A DNA stretch of 64,000 nucleotides. Origin: Candidatus Parcubacteria bacterium. GTDB lineage: Bacteria > Patescibacteriota > Minisyncoccia > Phycocordibacterales > Phycocordibacteraceae. The stretch covers positions 4,613-68,612 of the forward strand of contig JAXDML010000002.1 in NCBI GenBank assembly GCA_034666125.1, given 5' to 3'. The translations under genes were made by a program, and so were the position numbers. Each line of letters begins with the position of its first letter. The first letter of the stretch is position 1. Positions 27,731 through 36,840 of the stretch are shown here, piece by piece. The notes under the pieces are model-generated. The model was given only the letters and a program-made list of their open reading frames with translations. It had not been told where the DNA came from and ran no database searches.

Positions 27731-28966
27731 ATGGAAGCATACGATGTAGTTATAATCGGAGCCGGTGTAGCCGGGCTTTCCTGCGCGAAGGCCCTTACTG
27801 AAGGAGGGAAGAGAGTCATCTTACTTGAAGCACAGGAATATATAGGAGGGCGTATCAAGACCGATCGTATGTACGATACCGTGGAAATCGGTGCCGAATT
27901 CGTGCATGGCGAGAACGCCACAACCTGGGAAATCATTCGGGCAGAAGGACTGACTGCCGAGCCCTGGTCATTCAAGGGAATGTCCGACTATCGGGTATAC
28001 GGCGAAGACGGTCGAATTCGCCCAGACAGCAAGGAAATGATGGCGGCCATGTATGCCGCTGAGGAAGATCTATGGGAGTGCGAAGACCCGGCCATATCGG
28101 TGAACGCTTATGTAAATGCCCAAGACGTGCCCGAAGAGATTCGCTTCTATGCGAAACGGCATATAGGGGACGTAGAGGCTGCGGACACCGAAGACTTGAG
28201 TGCGGCCAAACTTGCTGCAGCAAGTCGAAGGTCGACCAATGGTGAGGAGAATTTCCGCATACTCGACGGCTACGACCGTATCCCTGAGGCGCTCGCGCGC
28301 GGGTTGGAAGTGCGCGTTGGCCACCCAGTGACGCAAGTCAATTGGAAAAGAGGATCCGTTGAAGTGCTCTGTGCAAACGGTGCGACATTCGTGGCACCTC
28401 GCCTGGTCTTCACCGTCCCGCTGGGCGTCTTGAAGAAGGATCTGTTGAAGTTCTCACCCGCTCTTCCTTCATCATTCACTGGAGCGGTGTCTCGTATAGG
28501 GTTCGGTGATAATTGCAAGATCCTTCTTTGGGTCGATTCCGAAGTTCCAGAATTTCGTATGATCGATACCAGGGGTTGGTACGGTCATTTTTGGCAACAG
28601 AAGAAAAGGAACGAAACGATTATCACCGGTTATTGCGGTGGCTCTCGCGCAACGAAACTTACGAATATGGGCGAGGCTGCGGCGATAGAAGTAGGTATCG
28701 AAGATATCGCAAGTGCGCTCGGCGAAGATATCCGTGCTCATGTCAAACAAGCTCGGTTTTGCTCTTGGTCGGATAACCCCTACATTCTCGGATCATATAG
28801 CTATCCGAAGCTCGGCATGGGCAACGCACGCACGGAAATTCAAGAGCCGGTTGCGGATACGCTTTACTATTGCGGCGAAGCGTCGCACGATAAAGGGCAC
28901 GCTTCGACCGTACACGGGGCGATCGAAATGGGTCGGGCGACCGCAAAACAAATACTTTATGGATAA
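27731..28966 (+). CDS. Flavin-containing amine oxidase (polyamine/monoamine-oxidase family)
   Basis: N-terminal YDVVIIGAGVAGLSCA Rossmann, amino_oxidase-like length (411 aa), conserved C-terminal FAD-binding region (YYCGEASH..GHASTVHGAIEMG). Confidence 0.75.
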   Translation: MEAYDVVIIGAGVAGLSCAKALTEGGKRVILLEAQEYIGGRIKTDRMYDTVEIGAEFVHGENATTWEIIRAEGLTAEPWSFKGMSDYRVYGEDGRIRPDSKEMMAAMYAAEEDLWECEDPAISVNAYVNAQDVPEEIRFYAKRHIGDVEAADTEDLSAAKLAAASRRSTNGEENFRILDGYDRIPEALARGLEVRVGHPVTQVNWKRGSVEVLCANGATFVAPRLVFTVPLGVLKKDLLKFSPALPSSFTGAVSRIGFGDNCKILLWVDSEVPEFRMIDTRGWYGHFWQQKKRNETIITGYCGGSRATKLTNMGEAAAIEVGIEDIASALGEDIRAHVKQARFCSWSDNPYILGSYSYPKLGMGNARTEIQEPVADTLYYCGEASHDKGHASTVHGAIEMGRATAKQILYG

Positions 28967-29624
28967 AACTATTGAAAGGAGGGACCGCGCCGCCAAGCTC
29001 GTCGCGTACCTGAAGGACGCTTACCCGAAGCCGAAGACCGAGCTGCATTATGAAACCCCGTTCCAACTCGTTACCGCAGTCATGCTCTCCGCGCAGTGCA
29101 CGGATAAGAAGGTGAACGAGGTGACGGACGCGCTGCTGTTTAAGAAATATAAGACAGCGAATGATTTTGCGAATGCCGACCTCGATACTCTTATAAGCGA
29201 AACGCGCGGCATCACTTTTAATGCAGCGAAGGCGAAGAATCTCATCGCGGCCGCTACGCTTGTGCGGGACAACTTTGGGGGAGACGTACCGAAGACTCAG
29301 GAGGAGCTCATAACGCTCCCGGGAGTCGCGTACAAGACCGCGCATGTCGTGCTCGGTGAGCTGTATGACCTCTGGGAGGGCATCCCGACCGATACTCATG
29401 TGCGTCGTTTTTCGATCCGCTTCGACCTCACCGATAACACCGATCTTACGAAGATATCAAAGGACCTGGAGCAGCTCATCCCGAAGGCGGATTGGCGGTA
29501 CGTGAACAACGGCTTCGTCCTCTACGGCCGGTACGTTTGTCCGGCACGTCCGCACGAGTGCGACGACCATCCGCTCACGCTCCTATGGCCTCCCGCCGCG
29601 CATATCTGGCCGAAGGCGAAATAG
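28959..29624 (+). CDS. nth: Endonuclease III (Nth)
   Basis: HhH-GPD core (LITLPGVAYKTAHVVL) and C-terminal 4Fe-4S Cys ligands (CPARPHEC). Start at the ATG at 28959, overlapping the amine-oxidase stop by 8 nt. Confidence 0.85.
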   Translation: MDKTIERRDRAAKLVAYLKDAYPKPKTELHYETPFQLVTAVMLSAQCTDKKVNEVTDALLFKKYKTANDFANADLDTLISETRGITFNAAKAKNLIAAATLVRDNFGGDVPKTQEELITLPGVAYKTAHVVLGELYDLWEGIPTDTHVRRFSIRFDLTDNTDLTKISKDLEQLIPKADWRYVNNGFVLYGRYVCPARPHECDDHPLTLLWPPAAHIWPKAK

Positions 29625-29866
29625 CTTGACAGGCGGAAATCCTTCGGTTAGAGTCTCCTTAGGTCCGGTCTCCGAAGCAGTTGGCCCCGTGATGCTCCCT
29701 CCGGAGAATGGCAGCACGTGTGTCTGTGTGATGGCTGTGGCGCCTCGGCGTCTCTGGCTGACTAATCAGCATGCTTGTCATTGGGCTTTGAATCATTGAA
29801 GCCAATTACCACGAGGCCGGACCGCCTCACCCTAGTTCATTCGTTCGCTTTATATGTTCTCTCAAA

Positions 29867-29895
29867 ACAAGGCACCGGTGGTGCCTTTTTCGCTT
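29867..29895 (+). terminator. Intrinsic terminator closing the leader/sRNA candidate upstream of the HAD-PiT operon
   Basis: GGCACC-GGT-GGTGCC hairpin followed by TTTTTCGCTTTT. Confidence 0.55.
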
Positions 29896-29928
29896 TTATC
29901 TATTCGCGCAAGACGGTACCATTAACTA

Positions 29929-30621
29929 ATGGAAATGGAACGGCCGGTAGCAGTGTTCGATATCGACGGAACGGTCTTCCGCTCGTCGCTCCTGATCGAG
30001 CTCGTTGACCGCCTGGTGCTGCGCGGCGTCTTCCCCGAGGCCGCGCGTGTCTATTATGAGAAGGCGCGGGAGGAATGGCTCAACCGCGAGGGCGACTACG
30101 AGCCCTATATTAAAAAAGTTGTCCTGGCGTTCGCGAAGCACCTGAAAGGCATTCCGTTCGGCGACGTGGCCGATGTCGCGGGCGAGGCCATCGAGGAGAC
30201 GCGCTACCGAACGTACCGCTACACGCGCGACCTCATCCAGGAGCTTAAGGCCAAAGGCTACTTCCTCCTCGCGGTGTCGCATTCACCCAAGTTCATCGTG
30301 GACGGCTTCTGCTACGAACTCGGCTTCGATAAGTCGTACGGCTCGTTCTATGACACTGGCGCCTCCAACCGCTTCACCGGCGAGATAGTCGACGAGCATC
30401 TCATCATGAATAAGGCGGCGATACTGAAGCGTGCCGTCGAGAAGGAGAACCTTACGTTCAAAGACTCGGTCGGCGTGGGCGATACCGAGAGCGACGTCTC
30501 GATGCTTTCGCTCGTGGACGAGCCCATCGCTTTCAATCCGAACCGCGGCCTCTATCGCCACGCCAAGCAGCACCAGTGGAAGATCGTCGTGGAGCGGAAG
30601 GACGTGATTTACGAGATCTAA
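29929..30621 (+). CDS. HAD-superfamily phosphatase (subfamily IB-like)
   Basis: FDIDGTVF motif I and GVGDTESD motif IV; 230 aa. Confidence 0.65.
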   Translation: MEMERPVAVFDIDGTVFRSSLLIELVDRLVLRGVFPEAARVYYEKAREEWLNREGDYEPYIKKVVLAFAKHLKGIPFGDVADVAGEAIEETRYRTYRYTRDLIQELKAKGYFLLAVSHSPKFIVDGFCYELGFDKSYGSFYDTGASNRFTGEIVDEHLIMNKAAILKRAVEKENLTFKDSVGVGDTESDVSMLSLVDEPIAFNPNRGLYRHAKQHQWKIVVERKDVIYEI

Positions 30622-30727
30622 AGAGATCCGCCGCGACGCGACTGAAACGGGATCCGTGCTATTGTTTCTGCGGATGAACGCCGCATGGTGCGGCCGATGT
30701 GTCCATTTATGACGGGAGGGACTGGGC

Positions 30728-31768
30728 ATGGACTGGTCACAGCTTTCGCTCATTGCCGCATTGGTGCTTTTCCTCGTGCTTGCGGCCGAATGTTCGAACG
30801 GCTGGAGCGACGCGCCCGTCGGGACATCCGCGGCAGTCGCTTCGGGAGTGCTCACCAGCAGCCAGGCACTCCGTGTTACGGCTGTCGGAAATTTCCTGGG
30901 CGTGCTGGCGGGAGTCCTGCTCGGTGCAGCGGTCGCAAAGACGATCGGGACCGGCATCGTCAGGCCGGAGATGGTCTCGATCAGCTCGATCGGCATCGCC
31001 ATGGGCACTACCATCGCGTGGGCCGGAATTGCGCTCGTCCTCGGCCTTCCGGTGAGCAAGACGCATTCGCTCCTGGCAGCCCTTGCCGGAATCGGGTTCG
31101 CCCAGGGCGGGTTCGACGCACTGACCCCCGCAAGCGGCAACTGGCGCGACAGCGGCTGGGTAGCCGTGGGTATCGGCATGTTCCTTGCCATCGTGTGCGG
31201 GTCCGCCATAGCGTGGTTCGCCGCGAGCGTGGTGACGAAGCTCGGATGGCACGAAAAAGTCACCGACCAATGGTGGCGCCGCCTGCAGCTCTGCACTGTC
31301 TGGGGCGTATCTTCCGGGCATGGTTTCAACGACGGACTGAAATACGCCGGCATCTTCACGCTCGTGCTCTACAAGGCCGGCGCGATACCGGAGTTCCACG
31401 TCCTTCCGGAGGTCATCGCGCTATGCGCGGTGGTCATGGGCTTGGGAACGCTCCTGGGTGGCTGGAGGATCCATCAGCGACTGGACGGAATGGTCAACCA
31501 GCAAGAGCAAGCCGGTTCGCTCAAGAAGCCGTTCAGGCCGTATATGGGCGTCTGTGCCGAGAGCACCTCCGCTTTCTTCATCTGGCAGACCGGGTGGCTG
31601 GGCATTCCCATGAGTACCAACCACGGGGTCGTGTCCTCTATGGCGGGCGCCAAGTCGGCGGAGGGCAAGGTTCACACCTCTTCGATCATCAGGATCGTAT
31701 GGGGATGGGTCGTAACCTACGTGTTCTGCTTCATTATCGCGAACCTGCTCGCTGCGTCGATGCTCTGA
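30728..31768 (+). CDS. Inorganic phosphate transporter, PiT family
   Basis: Duplicated PiT signature regions (ECSNGWSDAPVGTSAAVASGVL in the N-half; GHGFNDGLKYAGIF in the C-half); about 10 TM. Confidence 0.75.
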   Translation: MDWSQLSLIAALVLFLVLAAECSNGWSDAPVGTSAAVASGVLTSSQALRVTAVGNFLGVLAGVLLGAAVAKTIGTGIVRPEMVSISSIGIAMGTTIAWAGIALVLGLPVSKTHSLLAALAGIGFAQGGFDALTPASGNWRDSGWVAVGIGMFLAIVCGSAIAWFAASVVTKLGWHEKVTDQWWRRLQLCTVWGVSSGHGFNDGLKYAGIFTLVLYKAGAIPEFHVLPEVIALCAVVMGLGTLLGGWRIHQRLDGMVNQQEQAGSLKKPFRPYMGVCAESTSAFFIWQTGWLGIPMSTNHGVVSSMAGAKSAEGKVHTSSIIRIVWGWVVTYVFCFIIANLLAASML

Positions 31769-31850
31769 CACACGCGGGCTCTGGGGGTCGTGGCGCATGC
31801 CGCGGCCCTCGTTTTTTGTAGCTGACTTGATAATTCGCTATACTAGCCGC

Positions 31851-32096
31851 ATGGAAAAGAAGCTCTATCGCAGCCGCGAGCATCGCGTCGTTTCGGGGGT
31901 GCTGGGAGGATTGGGGGAATATTTCACTATCGACCCCGTCATCGTGCGGCTTCTGTTCATCATCGTTACCCTCGCGACGGGATTCTTCCCGGGGCTCATC
32001 GCGTACGTCGTCGCGGTATATATCGTTCCCGAAGTGCCATTCATCGTTCATTCGGCTCCGATATCGGCAGAAGGGGATGACACTCCCGCAGTTTAG
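31851..32096 (+). CDS. PspC-domain protein
   Basis: MEKKLYRSREHRVVSGVLGGLGEYFTIDPVIVRLLFI matches the PspC domain. Start reassigned from 31797 to 31851. Confidence 0.6.
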   Translation: MEKKLYRSREHRVVSGVLGGLGEYFTIDPVIVRLLFIIVTLATGFFPGLIAYVVAVYIVPEVPFIVHSAPISAEGDDTPAV

Positions 32097-32946
32097 GAGG
32101 ATCGTCTGGAAGCACGCCGTCGCGCACGGACGGCGTGCGTTGCCGTGGCGCAGACGTTCGGCAACGCCATACGCCATCCTCGTATCCGAGATCATGCTTC
32201 AGCAGACGCAGGTGGACCGGGTCGTCCCGTACTACCGAGCCTTCCTGAAGCGTTTCCCGACGGTGCGCTCGCTCGCGAACGCACCGCTCGGCGACGTACT
32301 CAAGGTCTGGCAGGGGCTCGGGTACAATCGCCGCGCGAAGATGCTGCACGAGGCGGCGGAGGCGATAGTTCGTACGCAGGGCGGAAGAGTACCCCACGAC
32401 GCGCGGTCGCTCGAAAAGCTTCCCGGTATCGGTCCTTACACGGCGCGCGCTGTCATTGCTTTCGCATACAACGAAGATGCGGTGTTCATAGAGACGAACC
32501 TGCGCACAGCGGTCATCCATCATTTCTTCCCGGGCCAGGAAAAGGTAGAGGATACGGAACTGCTTGCGATACTCGCAAAAGCGCTTCCGAAAGGCCGCGC
32601 GCGCGAATGGTACGCCGCGCTCATGGACTATGGCGCGCATCTCAAGCGCTCGGGAGTCCGCGTGAATTCCCGCTCCGCGACCTATACGAAGCAGAAAGCA
32701 TTCAAAGGATCGAACAGGGAAGCGCGCGGCGTCATCCTCAGGGCTCTCGTGAACGGTCCGCAGACCTCCCGGAAGCTCTATACGCTTCTCGGGGGCGAAC
32801 GCCGGGAGCAAATGAAGCTCGCGCTCGCTACGCTCGTCCGCGATGGCATGCTCCAAGCAGCAGGCACAGCATACCGCCTTCCGAGCGCGGGTCGCGTATC
32901 ATCCGCGCGCTCCACAGGCCGACCAAAAGTATCCCGGCGCCGGTGA
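32077..32946 (+). CDS. HhH-GPD DNA glycosylase, MutY-like (A/G-specific adenine glycosylase family), no obvious Fe-S Cys cluster
   Basis: N-terminal HGRRALPWRR...YAILVSEIMLQQTQV is the MutY/Nth family signature; HhH-GPD region; the C-terminal region lacks the Cx6Cx2Cx5C motif. Confidence 0.7.
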   Translation: MTLPQFRRIVWKHAVAHGRRALPWRRRSATPYAILVSEIMLQQTQVDRVVPYYRAFLKRFPTVRSLANAPLGDVLKVWQGLGYNRRAKMLHEAAEAIVRTQGGRVPHDARSLEKLPGIGPYTARAVIAFAYNEDAVFIETNLRTAVIHHFFPGQEKVEDTELLAILAKALPKGRAREWYAALMDYGAHLKRSGVRVNSRSATYTKQKAFKGSNREARGVILRALVNGPQTSRKLYTLLGGERREQMKLALATLVRDGMLQAAGTAYRLPSAGRVSSARSTGRPKVSRRR

Positions 32947-34087
32947 TCGCGAAGAAGGTCGCGTAGCTCGTGACCGATAGGAGCACGCTGCCGATGATCG
33001 GGGCGATAAGCGCGCCGCCCGGGCGCATCATGCGGAAGACGCTCAGCGTATTGGTATCGTTCACGGATACGCGCCTGAAGAAGTGCCCTTCCACCATCGC
33101 CTCGACGAGCGCCGCGCCGGTGCGGGACAGGACGAGCAGGACCATGATGGACGCGAACGGCGTCGCTTCCGTGATGAGCCCGGTCGCCGCGAGCGCGAGT
33201 CCCATGATCACGAAGCCCGCGATGAGGATGCGCTTGTCGCCAAGCTTGGTGTCGGCGAGCCATCCGGCCGGGAACTCGAGGAGCACGAAGGGGACGAGCA
33301 TCACCGCGAATATCCAGCCGAGCTCGCTCCAGGGGATACCGAGTACCGTGTGGAGATAGAGCGGGATATAGAGCGGTGCCAGGTGGAAAAATATCTGGAG
33401 CACTGCGGCGGCAAGCGCGATGCCCCGCAGGTCCTTGTCCTTCATGATGCACAGGCACGCCTTCTTCACGTTCGTCTGCATGGGCGCGGTATCGGGCCGG
33501 GGGAGGGACTTGAGCGACATGAGGAGTATGAAGGGCACGAGCGTGAGCGCGGCGACCAGGAAGACGAGCCCGTATTGGTTAGAGCCGTCAAGCAGGAAGC
33601 CGGTCACGATCGGAGCGAGTACGAGCGCGACGTTGCCGGCAGTGAGGAAGGCCGTGCGGATGCGTCCCGTGAAGCTCTCATCGGTGACCGCGGCCTCGAG
33701 AAGCAGGTCCTGCTGGTATCCGATGAACGGCGAGTTCGCACAGGCAAGCGCGGCCAATAAGACCGCAAGGAGCGGCATCGGATCAAAGGCAAGCGCGAGC
33801 AATATCGCTATTTCGAGCAGGGAAAGGACGATGACGAGCTTCTGCGGCCCGTACTTCGCGACAAGCTTCGGCATGAGGGGGTAGATGCTGAGCGTGACGA
33901 CCGCACCCAGGGATATCGCAAGCCCCGACACCGCGGCCGGCATCAGCGTCGCCAGATACGGCGCGAGAATATAGATGATCAGGAAGAAGTGCGCGGCGGA
34001 AAAGAAGTTCCCGAGCGAAAGAACAGCGATGCGTCGCATATGGAGGGATTGTAGCATTGGCTGAAGGCTCGGAACCCCGCCCGCCAT
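32828..34087 (-). CDS. MFS transporter
   Basis: 419 aa, about 12 TM. Its 3' end overlaps the 3' end of the MutY-like gene by about 119 nt, so one of the two termini may be mis-called. Confidence 0.65.
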   Translation of the reverse strand: MAGGVPSLQPMLQSLHMRRIAVLSLGNFFSAAHFFLIIYILAPYLATLMPAAVSGLAISLGAVVTLSIYPLMPKLVAKYGPQKLVIVLSLLEIAILLALAFDPMPLLAVLLAALACANSPFIGYQQDLLLEAAVTDESFTGRIRTAFLTAGNVALVLAPIVTGFLLDGSNQYGLVFLVAALTLVPFILLMSLKSLPRPDTAPMQTNVKKACLCIMKDKDLRGIALAAAVLQIFFHLAPLYIPLYLHTVLGIPWSELGWIFAVMLVPFVLLEFPAGWLADTKLGDKRILIAGFVIMGLALAATGLITEATPFASIMVLLVLSRTGAALVEAMVEGHFFRRVSVNDTNTLSVFRMMRPGGALIAPIIGSVLLSVTSYATFFAITGAGILLVGLWSARMIRDPRSEGGMLCLLLGACHRGRA

Positions 34088-34107
34088 CTACGATATACTT
34101 CGAGCAA

Positions 34108-34629
34108 ATGGAAATACCGCCGGGAACTCCGGAGTTTGGCATACGAAGAGAGAACGAGGAACGCCGGGACGGGGGATGCGGCGTCGTGTTCGACCCTGGT
34201 AGCCAGAAGTATGCCGTCGGCCGCAGGGATGCTGACGGCCATCTGCTCCTGTTTTCCGGAGGAGTCGATACCGACGAAGATCCTCAGGCCGGGATCCTTA
34301 GGGAGGTCACCGAAGAAAGCGGGCTTTACGATTTCATCTACGTAGAGAAAGTAGCGGATGCGCTTACCCACTATCACAACGTCCTGAAGGGAGTGAACCG
34401 TGTCGCCTACGCGACCTGCTACCTCGCCATTCTCGGCAGTTCGAAGCAGTTGCCGCTGAAGCTCGAAGAACACGAAAAGTTTTCTCTTTGTTGGAAGACT
34501 GCGGATGAGATACTCAAAAGCTGGGAAGAAAACAACGAGGACAAAAGTTACGACCACTGGATTTATTTCTTCAAGAAAGCGGTTGATCGCGTAGCAGCCC
34601 TGGACTACGGCGTCAGTAAGGGCGGCTAA
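34108..34629 (+). CDS. NUDIX hydrolase
   Basis: Nudix box GGVDTDEDPQAGILREVTEESG. Alternative start at 34057 would overlap the MFS gene start. Confidence 0.7.
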   Translation: MEIPPGTPEFGIRRENEERRDGGCGVVFDPGSQKYAVGRRDADGHLLLFSGGVDTDEDPQAGILREVTEESGLYDFIYVEKVADALTHYHNVLKGVNRVAYATCYLAILGSSKQLPLKLEEHEKFSLCWKTADEILKSWEENNEDKSYDHWIYFFKKAVDRVAALDYGVSKGG

Positions 34630-34675
34630 GCGTAAGCCAGTTCCGGCATCGTTCCGGACTGCCGCGGATAAGACA

Positions 34676-34706
34676 AAACAGCCCCGCAGAAAGCGGGGCT
34701 GTTTTG
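34676..34706. terminator. Bidirectional intrinsic terminator between the convergent NUDIX and RNase J genes
   Basis: AAAACAGCCCCGC-AGAAA-GCGGGGCTGTTTT: 13-bp stem flanked by A and T runs. Confidence 0.65.
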
Positions 34707-34719
34707 AGTACGGTATGGA

Positions 34720-36726
34720 CTACACCCCGATCAGCACCGGAATGACCATCGGCGCCTTGTTCGTGCGGCTGAAGAGGTAGCCCGCCATCACGTCCGCAAG
34801 ATTGTTCTTCACGTAGTCAAGGTCGACGGGATTCATCCCGTGGGTCGAGTCCTCGACCGTCTTCTTGATAAGAAGACGCGCTTGGTTCAATAGGTCCTGC
34901 GATTCGCGGAGGTAGATGAACCCCCGCGAGATAATGTCCGGGGATTTCCGGAGCTTCCCGGTCTTGAGCGCGACGGTGGCGATGATGACAAACATGCCGT
35001 CCTTCGAGAGCATCTGGCGGTCGCGGATGACGACCTCCTGCATGTCGCCGATGGCGAAGCCGTCCACGACCAGCGGCGCCGACGGCACCTTCTCCTTGTG
35101 GACCTCCATGCGGTCGCCGTCGATGATGTCGATGACGCTGCCGTTATCGGCCACGACGATCGTCTCCTTCGCGCGCCCGGCCTGCTCCACGGCCTTCGCG
35201 TGCGACTTGGTCATGGAGTAGTAGCCGTAGGCGGGCATGAAGAACTTCGCGTTCACCTGCTGGTTGATCCAGATGAGCTCGCCCGTGTTGCCGTGCCCGG
35301 TCGAGTGCACGTCAGAGGAGCGGTAGTGGATGAGGGTCGCGCCGTTGCGGAACAGGTTGTCCTTCAGGCGCTGCACGCTTATCTCGTTGCCCGGGATGAC
35401 CGAGGACGAGAGGACGATGGTGTCGCGCTCGGTGAGCGTGATGGACTTATGCTGCTTGGTCGCGATGCGCATGAGCGCGGCGAACTCCTCGCCCTGGGCG
35501 CCGGTGGCGAGAATGACAATCTTGTCCGGAGGATAATCGCCGATCTCCTGCGCGGGGATGACGGTGTCCTTCTTGAGGGTCAGGAGGCCGGTCTTCTGCG
35601 CGATCTCGAGGTTCGTCTTGATGGAACGGCCCTCGGTGACGATCTTCTTGCCGAGGCGCTCGGCGGTCATGATGATATGGATCATGCGGTCGAACTGCGA
35701 GGCGAAGGTGCCGATGACGAGGCGACCTTTCACGGTGCGGATGATCTCCTCGAGAGTCTCGTGCACGCGCTTCTCCGGGATGGAGAAGCCGTCGCGCTCG
35801 GCGTTGGTGGAATCGGCGATGAAGAAGAGGTTCTTCTCCTTGCCGAGCCCGCCCCACTTCTTCTGCTCGGCGTCCGTAGGAATGCCGTTCTCGTGCTCGA
35901 GCTTCAGGTCGCCGGTGGCGATGACGTTGCCGTACGGCGTGCCGATGGCGATGCCCATGGCGTCCGGGATCGAGTGGGTCACGGGGAAGAAGTGCACCTT
36001 GCTATCGCCGATGGTGTGGGTGCTTCCCGGCTCCACGACTATGATATTAAGTTCGGGCATGTCCGGGTATTCCTCCTGGCGCTTCTGGATCATGACGGCA
36101 GAGAGGTTCTGCGTGTAGATCGGGGGATTCCCGAAGCGGTTCATCAAGAAGGGGATGCCGCCGATGTGGTCGAGATGACCGTGCGTGATGAAGACGGCGC
36201 GGACGCGGTCCTTGTTGTGCTCGAGGTACGCGGTGTTCGGGAGCATGTAGTCGACTCCCGGGGCGGACTCCTCCGATACGAACTGGAAGCCGGCGTCGAA
36301 GACGAAGATGTCGTTCTTCGTCTCGACGGCGATCATGTTGCGGCCGACCTCTTCGACGCCGCCGAGGGGTACGATGCGCACGACGTTCTCGGCTGCTGGT
36401 GCAGGGAAGTAGTCGGCACCGCGCGGCTTCGAGGCTGTAGGGCCCGGACGGCGCATACCCATGCCGCGGCGCGCATCGCGCATGCCGCGGTTACCGCCTC
36501 CTCCACGGCCTCCGCTATTCCTGCGTTGGCCATTCTGTCCGCCGGGACCTCCCGGACCGCGACGCGGGGGACGCGACGAAGGTCCTCCCTGGGGCCGGGA
36601 TACGTCGCGTGCCTGTGCGGGGCGGGGCGGGGCCGCGCTTCGATTCATGGCCGGGCGGGGTCCTGGACGCGATGCGCTCCCTCCTCGGGATTGCGGTGCG
36701 GGGGCCGGTGCTGGTGCTGGACTCAT
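34720..36726 (-). CDS. rnj: Ribonuclease J (metallo-beta-lactamase/beta-CASP) with an N-terminal Arg/Gly/Pro-rich disordered extension
   Basis: HxHxDH motif (THGHLDHIGG), beta-CASP region and C-terminal domain; the first ~130 aa are R/G/P-rich low complexity. Start chosen at MSPAPAPAP (36726); the ORF could extend to 36816. Confidence 0.85.
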   Translation of the reverse strand: MSPAPAPAPAPQSRGGSASRPGPRPAMNRSAAPPRPAQARDVSRPQGGPSSRPPRRGPGGPGGQNGQRRNSGGRGGGGNRGMRDARRGMGMRRPGPTASKPRGADYFPAPAAENVVRIVPLGGVEEVGRNMIAVETKNDIFVFDAGFQFVSEESAPGVDYMLPNTAYLEHNKDRVRAVFITHGHLDHIGGIPFLMNRFGNPPIYTQNLSAVMIQKRQEEYPDMPELNIIVVEPGSTHTIGDSKVHFFPVTHSIPDAMGIAIGTPYGNVIATGDLKLEHENGIPTDAEQKKWGGLGKEKNLFFIADSTNAERDGFSIPEKRVHETLEEIIRTVKGRLVIGTFASQFDRMIHIIMTAERLGKKIVTEGRSIKTNLEIAQKTGLLTLKKDTVIPAQEIGDYPPDKIVILATGAQGEEFAALMRIATKQHKSITLTERDTIVLSSSVIPGNEISVQRLKDNLFRNGATLIHYRSSDVHSTGHGNTGELIWINQQVNAKFFMPAYGYYSMTKSHAKAVEQAGRAKETIVVADNGSVIDIIDGDRMEVHKEKVPSAPLVVDGFAIGDMQEVVIRDRQMLSKDGMFVIIATVALKTGKLRKSPDIISRGFIYLRESQDLLNQARLLIKKTVEDSTHGMNPVDLDYVKNNLADVMAGYLFSRTNKAPMVIPVLIGV

Positions 36727-36840
36727 AGTATGTAAGGTTAGGTTAATCGTTCGTATAATTTTTCTTGGTAGATTGGTACGTACCGTACCGTGATCAATCC
36801 ATGCAGCCTCGCACAAGGGTCATGAAGTGATCACGAAGCG

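Noticed and set aside
35098-36735. 545-aa plus-strand ORF
   Set aside because: Antisense to RNase J, which has full catalytic motifs; the ORF is G/D/R-rich with no motifs.
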